This document shows, one piece after another, positions 18,605 through 27,475 of a stretch of 64,000 bases of DNA. The DNA is taken from positions 1,952,001 to 2,016,000 of the forward strand of contig OY968762.1 of the NCBI GenBank assembly GCA_963695225.1, given 5' to 3'. Origin of the DNA: Vulcanimicrobiota bacterium. Lineage in GTDB: Bacteria > Vulcanimicrobiota > Vulcanimicrobiia > Vulcanimicrobiales > Vulcanimicrobiaceae. The notes under the pieces are model-generated. The model was not told the origin of the DNA. It saw nothing but the letters and a program-made list of their open reading frames with translations, and made no database searches. The position numbers were made by a program, and so were the translations under genes. Each line of letters starts with the position of its first letter. Within the stretch, counting starts at the first letter, position 1.

Positions 18605-19118
18605 GGCGCAGCCGCGGGAACGCCTGCGCGCCTCGGGGGATCCGCCGCCGAGCGCCCCGCTCCATCTCGTCCTCGTCGAACCGCAGATCCCGCCAAACAC
18701 CGGAAACGTCGCGCGCTTGTGCGCCGCGACGGGCTGCGCGCTCCACCTCGTCGCCCCGCTCGGCTTCTCGATCGAGGATCGCGAACTCAAGCGCGCCGGG
18801 CTCGACTATTGGCACGCGCTCGACGTGACGGTTCACGCTTCGCTCGAAGCCGCGCTCGAACGCCTCGGCGCGCGCGCCTGGCTCTTGAGCACGCGCGGGA
18901 GGGAGCGCTACACGGAGGCCCCGTTCGCGCTCGGCGACGCGCTCGTCTTCGGAAAGGAGACGGCCGGCTTGCCGGAGGCGCTCTTGGCGGCTCACCCCGA
19001 GCGGACGCTCCACGTTCCGATGCGGGCGGGCGCCGTGCGGAGCCTGAACCTCTCGACCGCCGTCGGGATCGTCGCCTACGCCGCGCTCGCGAAGCTCGGA
19101 TTCCCGAACCTGCGCTAA
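18591..19118 (+). CDS. trmL: tRNA (cytidine/uridine-34-2'-O)-methyltransferase; start uncertain, probably CTG
   Basis: LHLVLVEPQIPPNTGNVARLC, KRAGLDYW, FGKETAGL, RSLNLS motifs; conserved N-terminus lies upstream of the first canonical start. Confidence 0.9.
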   Translation: MPQPKAQPRERLRASGDPPPSAPLHLVLVEPQIPPNTGNVARLCAATGCALHLVAPLGFSIEDRELKRAGLDYWHALDVTVHASLEAALERLGARAWLLSTRGRERYTEAPFALGDALVFGKETAGLPEALLAAHPERTLHVPMRAGAVRSLNLSTAVGIVAYAALAKLGFPNLR

Positions 19119-19129
19119 AGCAGCGCGCT

Positions 19130-19609
19130 CTACGCGGCGCGGTCCGCCGGATGGAACACGAGCGCGAGACCGTTCATGCAGTAGCGCAGGCCCGTCGGCT
19201 TCGGGCCGTCCGGAAAGACGTGCCCGAGATGCCCGCCGCAGCGGCGGCAATGCACTTCCGTTCGCTCTTCGAGCATCCCGCGATCGCTCGAGGTGCGGAC
19301 CGCGTTCGGGAGCGGCGCGTAGAAGCTCGGCCAGCCCGTCCCGCTTTCGAACTTCGTCTCCGAGGAAAAGAGCGCGAGATCGCACCCTGCGCAGGCGAAG
19401 ACGCCCCGGCGGTGCTCGGCGAGGAGCGGGCTCGTCCCCGGATACTCCGTCCCGTGGCCGCGCAGCACGTCGTAGCGCTCCGCGCCGAGCCGGCGGCGCC
19501 AGTCCTCGTCGGAGCGCACGACTTCAAACGTTTCGGCGGCGCGAGCCGGTCGAAAGAAGGGGACGACGGCGAGGCCGGTAGCCAAGCCGATCGCGGCACG
19601 TCGTTTCAC
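19130..19609 (-). CDS. msrB: Peptide-methionine (R)-S-oxide reductase with Tat-like signal
   Basis: GTE, CAGC, KFESGTGWPSF, RTEVHC..C, GHLGHVF.DGP.PTGLRYCMN motifs; KRRAAIG signal. Confidence 0.96.
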   Translation of the reverse strand: MKRRAAIGLATGLAVVPFFRPARAAETFEVVRSDEDWRRRLGAERYDVLRGHGTEYPGTSPLLAEHRRGVFACAGCDLALFSSETKFESGTGWPSFYAPLPNAVRTSSDRGMLEERTEVHCRRCGGHLGHVFPDGPKPTGLRYCMNGLALVFHPADRAA

Positions 19610-19679
19610 GGGCGTAGCGTACCACCCGCTATTCCGCCCCGCTGTAAGCCCGCCCACACCGCGCCTGACGACGGCTCGC

Positions 19680-19735
19680 CCTCCGACCGGCTCAGGGGTG
19701 ACGCGGGCCTTGTGTCACCCTGAGCCGGTCGGAGG
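19680..19735. repeat. REP-like palindrome / long hairpin
   Basis: CCTCCGACCGGCTCAGGGGTGAC pairs with GTCACCCTGAGCCGGTCGGAGG (22 bp, one bulge); 10 nt after the acyl-CoA dehydrogenase stop. Confidence 0.8.
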
Positions 19736-19744
19736 TGGGCTCGA

Positions 19745-21562
19745 TTAGACGGTCGAGAGCGTCTTGCGGTCGGCGCCGAACTGCGCTTCGGTCATCGCGA
19801 GAATGGAACCGGAGCCGTTCTTGATCTCGTGCCGGTAGGCGAGCGCCCGCGGCAGGATGTGGTCTGCGTAGAAGCGAGCCGTCAGGATCTTCGCCTGGTA
19901 GAAGTCCGTCTCGCGATCTCCCGCCGCGAGCTTCTCCGCGGCGAACTGGGCGCCCCGAGCGAGTTGCCAACCGCCCGCGACGGTCCCCCAGAGCATGAGG
20001 TACGGAACGGAACCGGCGAACGCGCCGGGCAGGTTCGCCATCGCGTTCATCCCCAGCCACATCGACGCGTCGCCGAGTGCGGCGACGGCCTTGCCGAGCA
20101 TCTCGCCGGTAGCCTTGAGGTCGGCGTTCTCGCTCGTCGCGAGGGCTTCGGCCAGCTTCGTCATTTGGCCGATCACGACGGAAGCCGTCTTACCCTGGTC
20201 CTTGAGCAGCTTGCGGCCGAGCAGGTCGTTGGCCTGGATCGCCGTCGTGCCTTCGTAGATCGGCGTGATGCGCGCGTCGCGGAAGTACTGGCAGGCGCCC
20301 GTCTCTTCGACGTACCCCATGCCGCCTTGCACCTGCATCGATAGGGAGGTCAACTCGGTCGACGTCTCCGTCGACCAGCCCTTGACGATCGGCGTCATCA
20401 GCTCGACGAACGCTTGCGATTCCTTGCGTACCGCCTCGTCGGGATTCGCGCTCGCGTGATCCATTGCGGCCGCGGTGACGAACGCGAGCGCGCGCTGCGC
20501 TTCGACGGTCGATTTCACCGTGAGCAGCATGCGGCGCACGTCGGGATGGTTGAAGATCGCGACGGGCTTGTAATCCTTCGAGCCGATCTGTGCGCTCTGG
20601 ATGCGCTCCTTCGAGTACTCGAGCGCGCGCTGGTAGGCGCGGTCGGAGACGGCGAGCCCCTGCACGCCGACGGAGAAGCGGGCCAAGTTCATCATGACGA
20701 ACATGTACGAGAGGCCCTTGTTCTCTTCGCCCACGAGATAGCCGATCGCGCCGTCCTTCTCGCCGTAGTTCAACACGGCGGTCGGGCTCGCGTGAATGCC
20801 GATCTTGTGCTCGATCGAGGCGCAATTGACGTCGTTACGCGCGCCGACCGAGCCGTCCGCGTTCACGAGGAACTTCGGAACGATGAACAGCGAGATGCCC
20901 TTGACGCCGGGAGGCGCCGTCGGCGTGCGCGCGAGGACGAGGTGCACGATGTTCTCGGCCATGTCGTGCTCGCCGTAGGTGATGAAAATCTTGTTCCCGG
21001 TGATGCGATAGTGGTCGCCTTCGGGGACGGCTCGCGTGCTGACGGCGGCGAGATCGCTGCCGGCTTGCGGCTCGGTGAGGTCCATCGTCCCGGTCCATTT
21101 CCCGGAAACGAGGTTCTCGACGTAGATCTTCTTCAGCTCGTCGCTCGCGTAGAGCAGGATCGCTTCGATCGCGCCCTGATTGAGCAGCGGCCCGAGCGCG
21201 AAGCCCATGTTCGAGGCGTTCCACATCTCGAGCGTCGCCGTCGAGAGCAACTGCGGCAGCCCCTGGCCGCCGTATTCCGGCGGCATCGGCAGACCGATCC
21301 AGCCGGCCTCGCCGAACTGATGGTAGGCTTCCTTGAAGCCCTTGGGCATGCGCACGTCGCCGTCGACCCACTTGGCGCCCTCGCGGTCGCCCACGACGTT
21401 CAACGGGTCGAGCACGTTGCTCGCAAAATTCGCCGCCTCGGCTAAGATCGGCTCGGCCATCTCGGCCGCTTCTTCGAAGCCCGGAAGCTTGGATATCTCG
21501 GAGAGCCCCGCCATTTCGAGCGCGAAATGCATGTCGCGAAGGGGGGCTTGGTAGCTGCTCAT
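19745..21562 (-). CDS. Acyl-CoA dehydrogenase (long form with C-terminal domain)
   Basis: YGGQGLP, GTMDLTEPQAGSDL, GNKIFIT, EHKIGIHASPT, GGMGY, IYEGTTAIQANDL motifs; AGGAG RBS. Confidence 0.96.
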   Translation of the reverse strand: MSSYQAPLRDMHFALEMAGLSEISKLPGFEEAAEMAEPILAEAANFASNVLDPLNVVGDREGAKWVDGDVRMPKGFKEAYHQFGEAGWIGLPMPPEYGGQGLPQLLSTATLEMWNASNMGFALGPLLNQGAIEAILLYASDELKKIYVENLVSGKWTGTMDLTEPQAGSDLAAVSTRAVPEGDHYRITGNKIFITYGEHDMAENIVHLVLARTPTAPPGVKGISLFIVPKFLVNADGSVGARNDVNCASIEHKIGIHASPTAVLNYGEKDGAIGYLVGEENKGLSYMFVMMNLARFSVGVQGLAVSDRAYQRALEYSKERIQSAQIGSKDYKPVAIFNHPDVRRMLLTVKSTVEAQRALAFVTAAAMDHASANPDEAVRKESQAFVELMTPIVKGWSTETSTELTSLSMQVQGGMGYVEETGACQYFRDARITPIYEGTTAIQANDLLGRKLLKDQGKTASVVIGQMTKLAEALATSENADLKATGEMLGKAVAALGDASMWLGMNAMANLPGAFAGSVPYLMLWGTVAGGWQLARGAQFAAEKLAAGDRETDFYQAKILTARFYADHILPRALAYRHEIKNGSGSILAMTEAQFGADRKTLSTV

Positions 21563-21656
21563 CATCTTCTCCTGAATGTCGTCTGCCTGCATAGGCTCTG
21601 CGGCCCGGCGCACCCGTTGCCCTGCCGGAGCAGGGTTCGGGCAGGGGAGGAAGATT

Positions 21657-21673
21657 ACTTGCAAATCGCAAGT
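21657..21673. promoter_or_regulatory. Palindromic operator ACTTGC-N5-GCAAGT
   Basis: Perfect 6-bp arms upstream of the acyl-CoA dehydrogenase; near-identical site at 26857. Confidence 0.65.
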
Positions 21674-21738
21674 GAAGTCCGCTCTCGAGGGCGCGGCAGG
21701 TTCGCGAGAGAATTTCGCCAAGCCCGCGAAACCTTCGT

Positions 21739-21780
21739 GCCCCGGCTCGGCGCTGCGAGCGAAAGGACTCCGTTCGTGAC
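21739..21780 (+). repeat. 42-bp direct repeat, copy 1 (contains RBS and GTG start of the dehydratase)
   Basis: GCCCCGGCTCGGCGCTGCGAGCGAAAGGACTCCGTTCGTGAC; 40/42 identical to 22769-22810. Confidence 0.9.
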
Positions 21781-22756
21781 TGCGTCCATCCCCGATCCCT
21801 TCGCCGGCGGGCACCGCCTCTCGCTCGAGCGCATCGAGCTCGCCGCGCGCACGATCGAACCGGCTTTCCTGAACTCGCCGCAGTACGTTTGCGAGCCGCT
21901 CGGCGACGAGTTGAAAGCACGGGTCGTGCTCAAAGTGGAAACGCTCAATCCGATCCGCTCCTTCAAGGGGCGCGGAGCGGATCTTTGTGTCTCCCGGCTC
22001 CCGGCGCAAGCGAAGATCGTCTGCGCAAGCGCCGGCAACTTCGGTCAGGCGATGGCCTATGCGTGCCGCAAACGCAAGCTCGAGATCACGATCTATGCGA
22101 GCGTCAACGCGAATCCGCTGAAGATAGAGCGCATGCGCGCGCTCGGCGCGCGAGTGGAGTTGGCCGGCTACGACTTCGATGCGGCAAAGCTCGCGGCGAA
22201 ACGCTTCGCCGCCCAGAGCGGCGCGCTGATGATCGAAGACAGCTTGGACCCCGCAACAGCCGAGGGCGCGGGGACGATCGCCCTCGAGTTGCTGCGCTTC
22301 CCCGAACCGATCGACGCGGTCCTCGTCCCGCTCGGGAACGGCGCGCTGCTCGCCGGCATCGCACGCGTCCTCAAAGCGAAGAGACCCGAAGTGCGCGTCG
22401 TCGCGATCGGGGCGGCGGGCGCACCGGCGATGATCGAATCGCTGCGCGAGAACCGCGTCGTCGAGCACGAGCGCGTCGATACGATCGCCGACGGTATCGC
22501 CGTCCGCATCCCGGTCCCCGAGGCGCTCGGCGATTTAGGCGGTCTCGTCGACGAGACGCATCTCGTCGGCGAAGACGCGATCCTCGAGGGGATGAGCCTG
22601 CTCCACCGCCACGCCGGGATAGTCGCGGAGCCATCCGGCGCGGTCGGCATCGCGCTCCTCTTCGAACGCCCCGAACGATTCGCCGGGCTCACCGTCGCCA
22701 CGATCGTCTGCGGCGGGAATCTGACGCTCCGTCAAATGCGGCGCTGGCTCGGCTGA
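21776..22756 (+). CDS. PLP-dependent threonine/serine dehydratase-family enzyme
   Basis: KVETLNPIRSFKGRGA, SAGNFG, PLGNGALLAG, TIADG, AEPSGA, CGGN motifs. Confidence 0.9.
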   Translation: MTASIPDPFAGGHRLSLERIELAARTIEPAFLNSPQYVCEPLGDELKARVVLKVETLNPIRSFKGRGADLCVSRLPAQAKIVCASAGNFGQAMAYACRKRKLEITIYASVNANPLKIERMRALGARVELAGYDFDAAKLAAKRFAAQSGALMIEDSLDPATAEGAGTIALELLRFPEPIDAVLVPLGNGALLAGIARVLKAKRPEVRVVAIGAAGAPAMIESLRENRVVEHERVDTIADGIAVRIPVPEALGDLGGLVDETHLVGEDAILEGMSLLHRHAGIVAEPSGAVGIALLFERPERFAGLTVATIVCGGNLTLRQMRRWLG

Positions 22757-22768
22757 GGGCTGCGAGGC

Positions 22769-22810
22769 GCCCCGGCTCGGCGCCGCGAGCGAAAGGACTC
22801 CGTTCGCGAC
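22769..22810 (+). repeat. 42-bp direct repeat, copy 2
   Basis: GCCCCGGCTCGGCGCCGCGAGCGAAAGGACTCCGTTCGCGAC. Confidence 0.9.
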
Positions 22811-22832
22811 GGGGCAGCGGGGGCCGGCGAGG

Positions 22833-24638
22833 CTACGTCGTGCGCGGCGGGCGCGCGGTGAGCCGGCTGAGGATGCGCGCGGCATCTTGCCGGGCCGCGG
22901 GCGACGGAGCCGTCAGTTCGACCATCGACAAGAAGTCGTCGACGTTACGCGGCGTGTGGCCTCGCATCTCGACGCACTTGTACTCCGCCGCGAAGAACAG
23001 CTTCAACCTGGCCTCGTCGCTCGGGAAGGCGTTCGTGTCGCGGAAGAGTTCGCCGAGCGCGCGTGCGACCTGCGACTCGACGTCTCCGCGCCACGCGGTC
23101 GCGGACTGCTTGCCGTACTGATCGAGATTCGCCGGGATGCCCATCGTCTCGGCGATGAGCGAGCCCAGGTAATGCGCGCGACCCTCATCCCAGGCCGTCC
23201 CGAATCCGGTGACGTCGTTGACGTCGTGGTGGCCGCCGGGCGGAATGTTCTCGTTCACGCCGATCGCGTCGGAGATCGCGTGCGTGTATTCGTGGAAGAT
23301 CGTCGCCGCATCTTGATCCCGCGTCAGATCGCTGGGCAGCACCGTGATCGTGCGGGTCGCGTCGTCATATTCCGTCGCGTTGCCGATCCTGACCGGAACC
23401 GCGAGAATGCGGTTCACTTGGTCCGGCGACAAACCCGCGTTGAGCAACGTCTTCTTGAAATCGTAGCGCGTGAGGCCCAACTGGACGAGCACGTCGGTCG
23501 CGATGGCGAGGATTAGGGCGTTGGACGTATCGGCGACGGTGCGCGGCACGTCGATGAAGCGCACGGCGGAGCCCCTCACCGTCGCGCTGTTCGCGGTCGC
23601 GACGAACGTCAGCTTACCGTACGACGCGTTTTCGAAGACCGGAACGTAGATGACGAGTTCCCCGTTCTGCGGGACGGCGTCGGCCCGCAGGCTTGCGAGG
23701 AGATTGTCCCGCACGTAGCGCGAGCGTCCGGCGTACACTGCGAGCGCGGCTTGCGTACCTTTGAGCGTCCTCGCCGTCGGATCCCATGCCGTGATGCCGA
23801 TCAGGACGGGCGCGAGCGGAGCGGCCGCCTCGGCGCGCAGCGTCGGGTACGGGTCGGATGGAATCTTCAGCGTCTGCTTGACCGGAAATGCCCACATCGG
23901 CGCGCCCTGCGGGAGCGCCGGATACAGCGGTCTCAGCGGCTCGGCCGGGCGGTGCAACACCGCCGACGCCGGAACTTCGATTCGGTCCCAAACGATCGCC
24001 GGCGGCTTCGCCGCATCGAAGTCGACGAGGTCCTTCGCGATCCCGCTCGCGTCGGTGAGCAGGGAGCGTTCCTTCCCATCGACCCGCAGCACGATTCGGG
24101 CGCCCTGGATGTACGCTCTCGGCTCTCCCGCACCGGCGGTCAAGACCAGATTCAGCCGCTTCGCCGTCGCGGAGGCGGCCGGCGGCGGCGTGGGTCGCAC
24201 GGGCGTGGTCGCGGCACCGCCCGAGCAGGCGTGGAGGAACGGCTTTTCCCGCGTGTTCACCGTCGTTCCGGCCGGGCACGTGGTCGCGGGGAGGTGCACC
24301 ATTGCGGAGCCCATGTAGCCCATGGCGCCCTGGAACTGGAACGTCTTGGCGAGCGTGCACTTGTAGACGGTCTCGATGTCCCCTTGGTAGATGGAGCCCG
24401 GATCGATGGCAACCTGCGTGCCGCCTTTGCAGACGACCGGCGCGCCGTCCAAGAGCACCGGAATGTAGAGGCGCAGCTCGCGATCTTGCGTCAGCGTGCA
24501 GATCCCTTGGTTCCGGTCGATCACGCCTCCGACGCACCAAGGAACGCTGAGCGACTGGGCCCGAGCGGGCCCAGTCACGCTTGCGAACAGGAGACAACAG
24601 AGACCGGCTGCGACACCGGCGCGAAACGCATTGCCCAT
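22833..24638 (-). CDS. Hypothetical secreted multidomain protein with a C-terminal zincin (HEXXH) motif
   Basis: Signal peptide ending ARA, Cys-rich N-domain, Pro/Thr linker, IFHEYTHAI and downstream WDEG. Confidence 0.75.
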   Translation of the reverse strand: MGNAFRAGVAAGLCCLLFASVTGPARAQSLSVPWCVGGVIDRNQGICTLTQDRELRLYIPVLLDGAPVVCKGGTQVAIDPGSIYQGDIETVYKCTLAKTFQFQGAMGYMGSAMVHLPATTCPAGTTVNTREKPFLHACSGGAATTPVRPTPPPAASATAKRLNLVLTAGAGEPRAYIQGARIVLRVDGKERSLLTDASGIAKDLVDFDAAKPPAIVWDRIEVPASAVLHRPAEPLRPLYPALPQGAPMWAFPVKQTLKIPSDPYPTLRAEAAAPLAPVLIGITAWDPTARTLKGTQAALAVYAGRSRYVRDNLLASLRADAVPQNGELVIYVPVFENASYGKLTFVATANSATVRGSAVRFIDVPRTVADTSNALILAIATDVLVQLGLTRYDFKKTLLNAGLSPDQVNRILAVPVRIGNATEYDDATRTITVLPSDLTRDQDAATIFHEYTHAISDAIGVNENIPPGGHHDVNDVTGFGTAWDEGRAHYLGSLIAETMGIPANLDQYGKQSATAWRGDVESQVARALGELFRDTNAFPSDEARLKLFFAAEYKCVEMRGHTPRNVDDFLSMVELTAPSPAARQDAARILSRLTARPPRTT

Positions 24639-24745
24639 CGTGCTACCGACTACGCCCCCTTGTAATGTGCACCTTACCTAGCGCGAAACGGTGCACCTGC
24701 GCGGCCGGCGGGCAGTCCCGTCAGCCCGCTGCGAGCCTTTCGATA

Positions 24746-25234
24746 TCAGCCGCCGAAGAGCGGATCCGGCTCCGTTGCGGCAACCCACGTTGCGCCGGTC
24801 GCGGCCAGAAACAGCCACGGAACGAGCGTCGCGAAGGAGCCCAAGAGCTTGCGGTCGATGTTGGCGGCGCGCTTCGCGGCGGCCAGGGTCAAGGCGAGGT
24901 AGCTGACCGCGTTCAATTGGCCGAGCACCGGGCTCTTCAACCGGAAGAAGAGCGGCCCGTACGCGACGTAGAGGAGCCAGGTCGCGGCTTCGAGCCGCAG
25001 GTAGGCCGTCCGGTCGGGGGAATCCGGCGCGTTCAGCACCTCGCGATTTCCCCAGAGCGTGAGGAGGTTATTGACGCTCCAGACGCCGGTGAACAGAAGG
25101 CCGGCGAGGGGAGCCCGCGCCTCGCCCGTGCGGCGTTCGATCTCGCTCTTCGGCACGAGCGCGCGCGCGAGCGCCATCGTCCCCGCGCCAAACGCTAAGA
25201 CTTCCGGCCAGGAGTATCGGCGGCGCTCGTCCAT
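24746..25234 (-). CDS. TspO/MBR-like membrane protein
   Basis: ~160 aa, several TM segments; FTGVW, YGPLFF, LVPWL.LA resemble TspO motifs. Confidence 0.6.
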   Translation of the reverse strand: MDERRRYSWPEVLAFGAGTMALARALVPKSEIERRTGEARAPLAGLLFTGVWSVNNLLTLWGNREVLNAPDSPDRTAYLRLEAATWLLYVAYGPLFFRLKSPVLGQLNAVSYLALTLAAAKRAANIDRKLLGSFATLVPWLFLAATGATWVAATEPDPLFGG

Positions 25235-25318
25235 CGCATGCCGATTTCGCACGGGTCACGCGATTCCCCGGCCGCGGGCGCGCCTTCCGCCTCGCGGTTC
25301 GTGCCCCGTTGCGGGCGG

Positions 25319-25966
25319 CTAGATTCCCAAGACGCGGGCGAGTTCGGCCAGCTCCGTCACGCGATCGGGCGGGGGCGGCAGATCGCCGGGCCATGCCCTG
25401 GTTCCGTCGTCGAACCAAACGGCGGAGAGGCCGGCGCGCAGCGCGCCCTCGACGTCGCCGTACGGATCGTCGCCGACGTACCAGCACCGCTCGGGCCGGC
25501 CCAGCGCTGCGCTCAGCAACTCGAAGGCGCGGGCCTCCGGCTTGCGCGCGCCGATGTCGTCGCTGATCAGGGCGATCCCGTCGTATCCGATCGCTCCGAG
25601 CTTGGCCCGCTGCAGCGGGTTCCACCCGTTGCTCAAGACGCCGTACGGCACGTGCGCCTCGCGCAGCCGCGCCAGCAACGGATGCAAGCCCGGAAGCGCG
25701 ACGCACAGCGTCGCCGCCCCGGCGACGCAACGGCTTTTGAATTCCGAAAGCGATCGTTCCAAGGTCGACCCCGGGAACAGCGGTGCGAGGGCGTCCGAGA
25801 GCTCGAGCCCGCCCGCCCGGTAACGCGCGACGGCGCCGGCGGCGCGCCGCCCCGCCTCGGCCGGCGCCGCGCCGCCGTCGATGAGCATGCGCTGCAGCAC
25901 CCGCGTCTCGAGGTGGTGATCGATCGCGAGCGTGTGATCCAAGTCGAAACCTACGCCCCGGCTCAC
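25319..25966 (-). CDS. HAD-family hydrolase
   Basis: FDLDHTL, LSNG, KPE..AF, VGDDPYGDVEGA motifs. Confidence 0.92.
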   Translation of the reverse strand: MSRGVGFDLDHTLAIDHHLETRVLQRMLIDGGAAPAEAGRRAAGAVARYRAGGLELSDALAPLFPGSTLERSLSEFKSRCVAGAATLCVALPGLHPLLARLREAHVPYGVLSNGWNPLQRAKLGAIGYDGIALISDDIGARKPEARAFELLSAALGRPERCWYVGDDPYGDVEGALRAGLSAVWFDDGTRAWPGDLPPPPDRVTELAELARVLGI

Positions 25967-25974
25967 GGCGCCGG

Positions 25975-26826
25975 CTACCTCGGCGGCGCCTTCTTGGGCT
26001 TGATCGCCTCCCACTCCGCGTCGCTCACGAGCGCCCCGAGCGCATTGAACTCTCCCGCGCCCGCGAGCGACTCGCCGCCGTCGATCGTGACGATGTCGCC
26101 GTTGATATAGGCGGCGCGCTCGCTCACGAGGTACGCCGCGAGATCGGTCAGTTCGCCGAGCTCTCCGAAGCGGTGCAACGGAACGCGCTCGAGCGCGCTC
26201 TTCTCGAGGCGCTCGAGCGGCATCAAGCGCGAGAATGCGCCTTCCGTCTTGAACGGCCCCGGGGCGATGCCGACGAAGCGGATCCCGCGTCCGCCCCACT
26301 CCGCGGCCAAGCTCTTCGTCATCGCGTCGACGCCGGCTTTCGCCATCGCCGAAGGAACGACGAACCCGGAGCCCGTGCGAGCGTAGGTCGTGCTGATGCT
26401 CAAGACCGTCGCGCGATGCTTCTCGGCGAGCCAACGCCGGCCGCACGCGAGCGTGACGTTCACCGTCCCGTGCAAGACGATGCGCAGCACGGCCTCGACG
26501 GCGCGCGGCGAAAGATCCTCCGTGCGCGAGATGAAGTTGCCGGCCGCGTTGTTCACGAGGATGTCGAGCGGGCCGCTTTCCCAGATGCGCGCGATCATCG
26601 CTTCGACCGCTTCGACGTCGCGCACGTCGCAGACGTGCGTTTCGATGCTTCCGCCGGTCGCCTGTTCGAGCTCGAGCTTCGTCGCTGCCAACACTTCGGC
26701 GCGCCGTCCGCAGATCGCCGCTCGCGCGCCGAGTTCGAGAAAACGCTGCACCATCGCGCGTCCGAGTCCGGTGCCGCCGCCCGTCACGAGGACGCGCTTG
26801 CCGGCGAGGAGATCGCTTGCAAACAT
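25975..26826 (-). CDS. SDR oxidoreductase, 2,4-dienoyl-CoA reductase-like
   Basis: TGGGTGLG, NNAAGNF, SAMAKAG (no catalytic Tyr, as in DECR-type), IAPGP, IDGG motifs. Confidence 0.9.
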   Translation of the reverse strand: MFASDLLAGKRVLVTGGGTGLGRAMVQRFLELGARAAICGRRAEVLAATKLELEQATGGSIETHVCDVRDVEAVEAMIARIWESGPLDILVNNAAGNFISRTEDLSPRAVEAVLRIVLHGTVNVTLACGRRWLAEKHRATVLSISTTYARTGSGFVVPSAMAKAGVDAMTKSLAAEWGGRGIRFVGIAPGPFKTEGAFSRLMPLERLEKSALERVPLHRFGELGELTDLAAYLVSERAAYINGDIVTIDGGESLAGAGEFNALGALVSDAEWEAIKPKKAPPR

Positions 26827-26856
26827 GAGCGCGACTTCTCCGCCGCCAGGGATTTA

Positions 26857-26873
26857 ACTTGCATTGTGCAAGC
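26857..26873. promoter_or_regulatory. Palindromic operator ACTTGC-N5-GCAAGC between divergent SDR and HxlR genes
   Basis: CTTGCA-TTG-TGCAAG palindrome in the 54-bp divergent spacer. Confidence 0.7.
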
Positions 26874-26880
26874 AAAACGG

Positions 26881-27465
26881 ATGTCGAAGCAGCGCTTCCG
26901 GCGCGAGAACTGTTCCGTCGCGCGTTCGCTCGAACTCGTCGGCGAGTGGTGGAGCATGCTCATCATCCGCGAGGCGTACTACGGGACGCGGCGCTTCGAC
27001 GACTTCCAGCGCAATCTGGGAATCGCCACGAACATCCTGACCGCGCGCCTCCGCATCCTCGTGCGCAACGGCCTGCTGCAAAAAGTGGCGGACCCCGTCG
27101 ACCGGCGCCGCTTCGATTACCGCCTCACGGAGAAAGGGCGCGACCTCTTCCCGGCGACGATCGCGCTCCTGCAATGGGGCGATCGCTGGCTGCAAACGCC
27201 CAAGACGATCCCGTTACGCGTCGTCTCGAAGAGCGACGGTTCGCCGATCGCCGCGGTCGCCGTTCGCTCGACGACGGGTAAGGAGCTCACGATGCGCGAC
27301 GTCACGTGGATTCCGGGCCCGGGCGCGACCGCCGCGCAGCGTGCGCGTCACTCTCAAATAGAGGGCGTGAAGGGCGACGGCTCCGCACTCGATCCCCCCA
27401 ACGCAAGCCGGCCGGGTCCGCGCGGCGTCCGTCGCAAGTCCCCGTCCCCGCTCGCTCGCGCGTAG
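26881..27465 (+). CDS. HxlR-family transcriptional regulator
   Basis: NCSVARSLELVGEWWSMLIIRE, RRFDDFQ, YRLTEKGRDL, LQWGD motifs. Confidence 0.93.
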   Translation: MSKQRFRRENCSVARSLELVGEWWSMLIIREAYYGTRRFDDFQRNLGIATNILTARLRILVRNGLLQKVADPVDRRRFDYRLTEKGRDLFPATIALLQWGDRWLQTPKTIPLRVVSKSDGSPIAAVAVRSTTGKELTMRDVTWIPGPGATAAQRARHSQIEGVKGDGSALDPPNASRPGPRGVRRKSPSPLARA

Positions 27466-27475
27466 CGCGGTTCGC

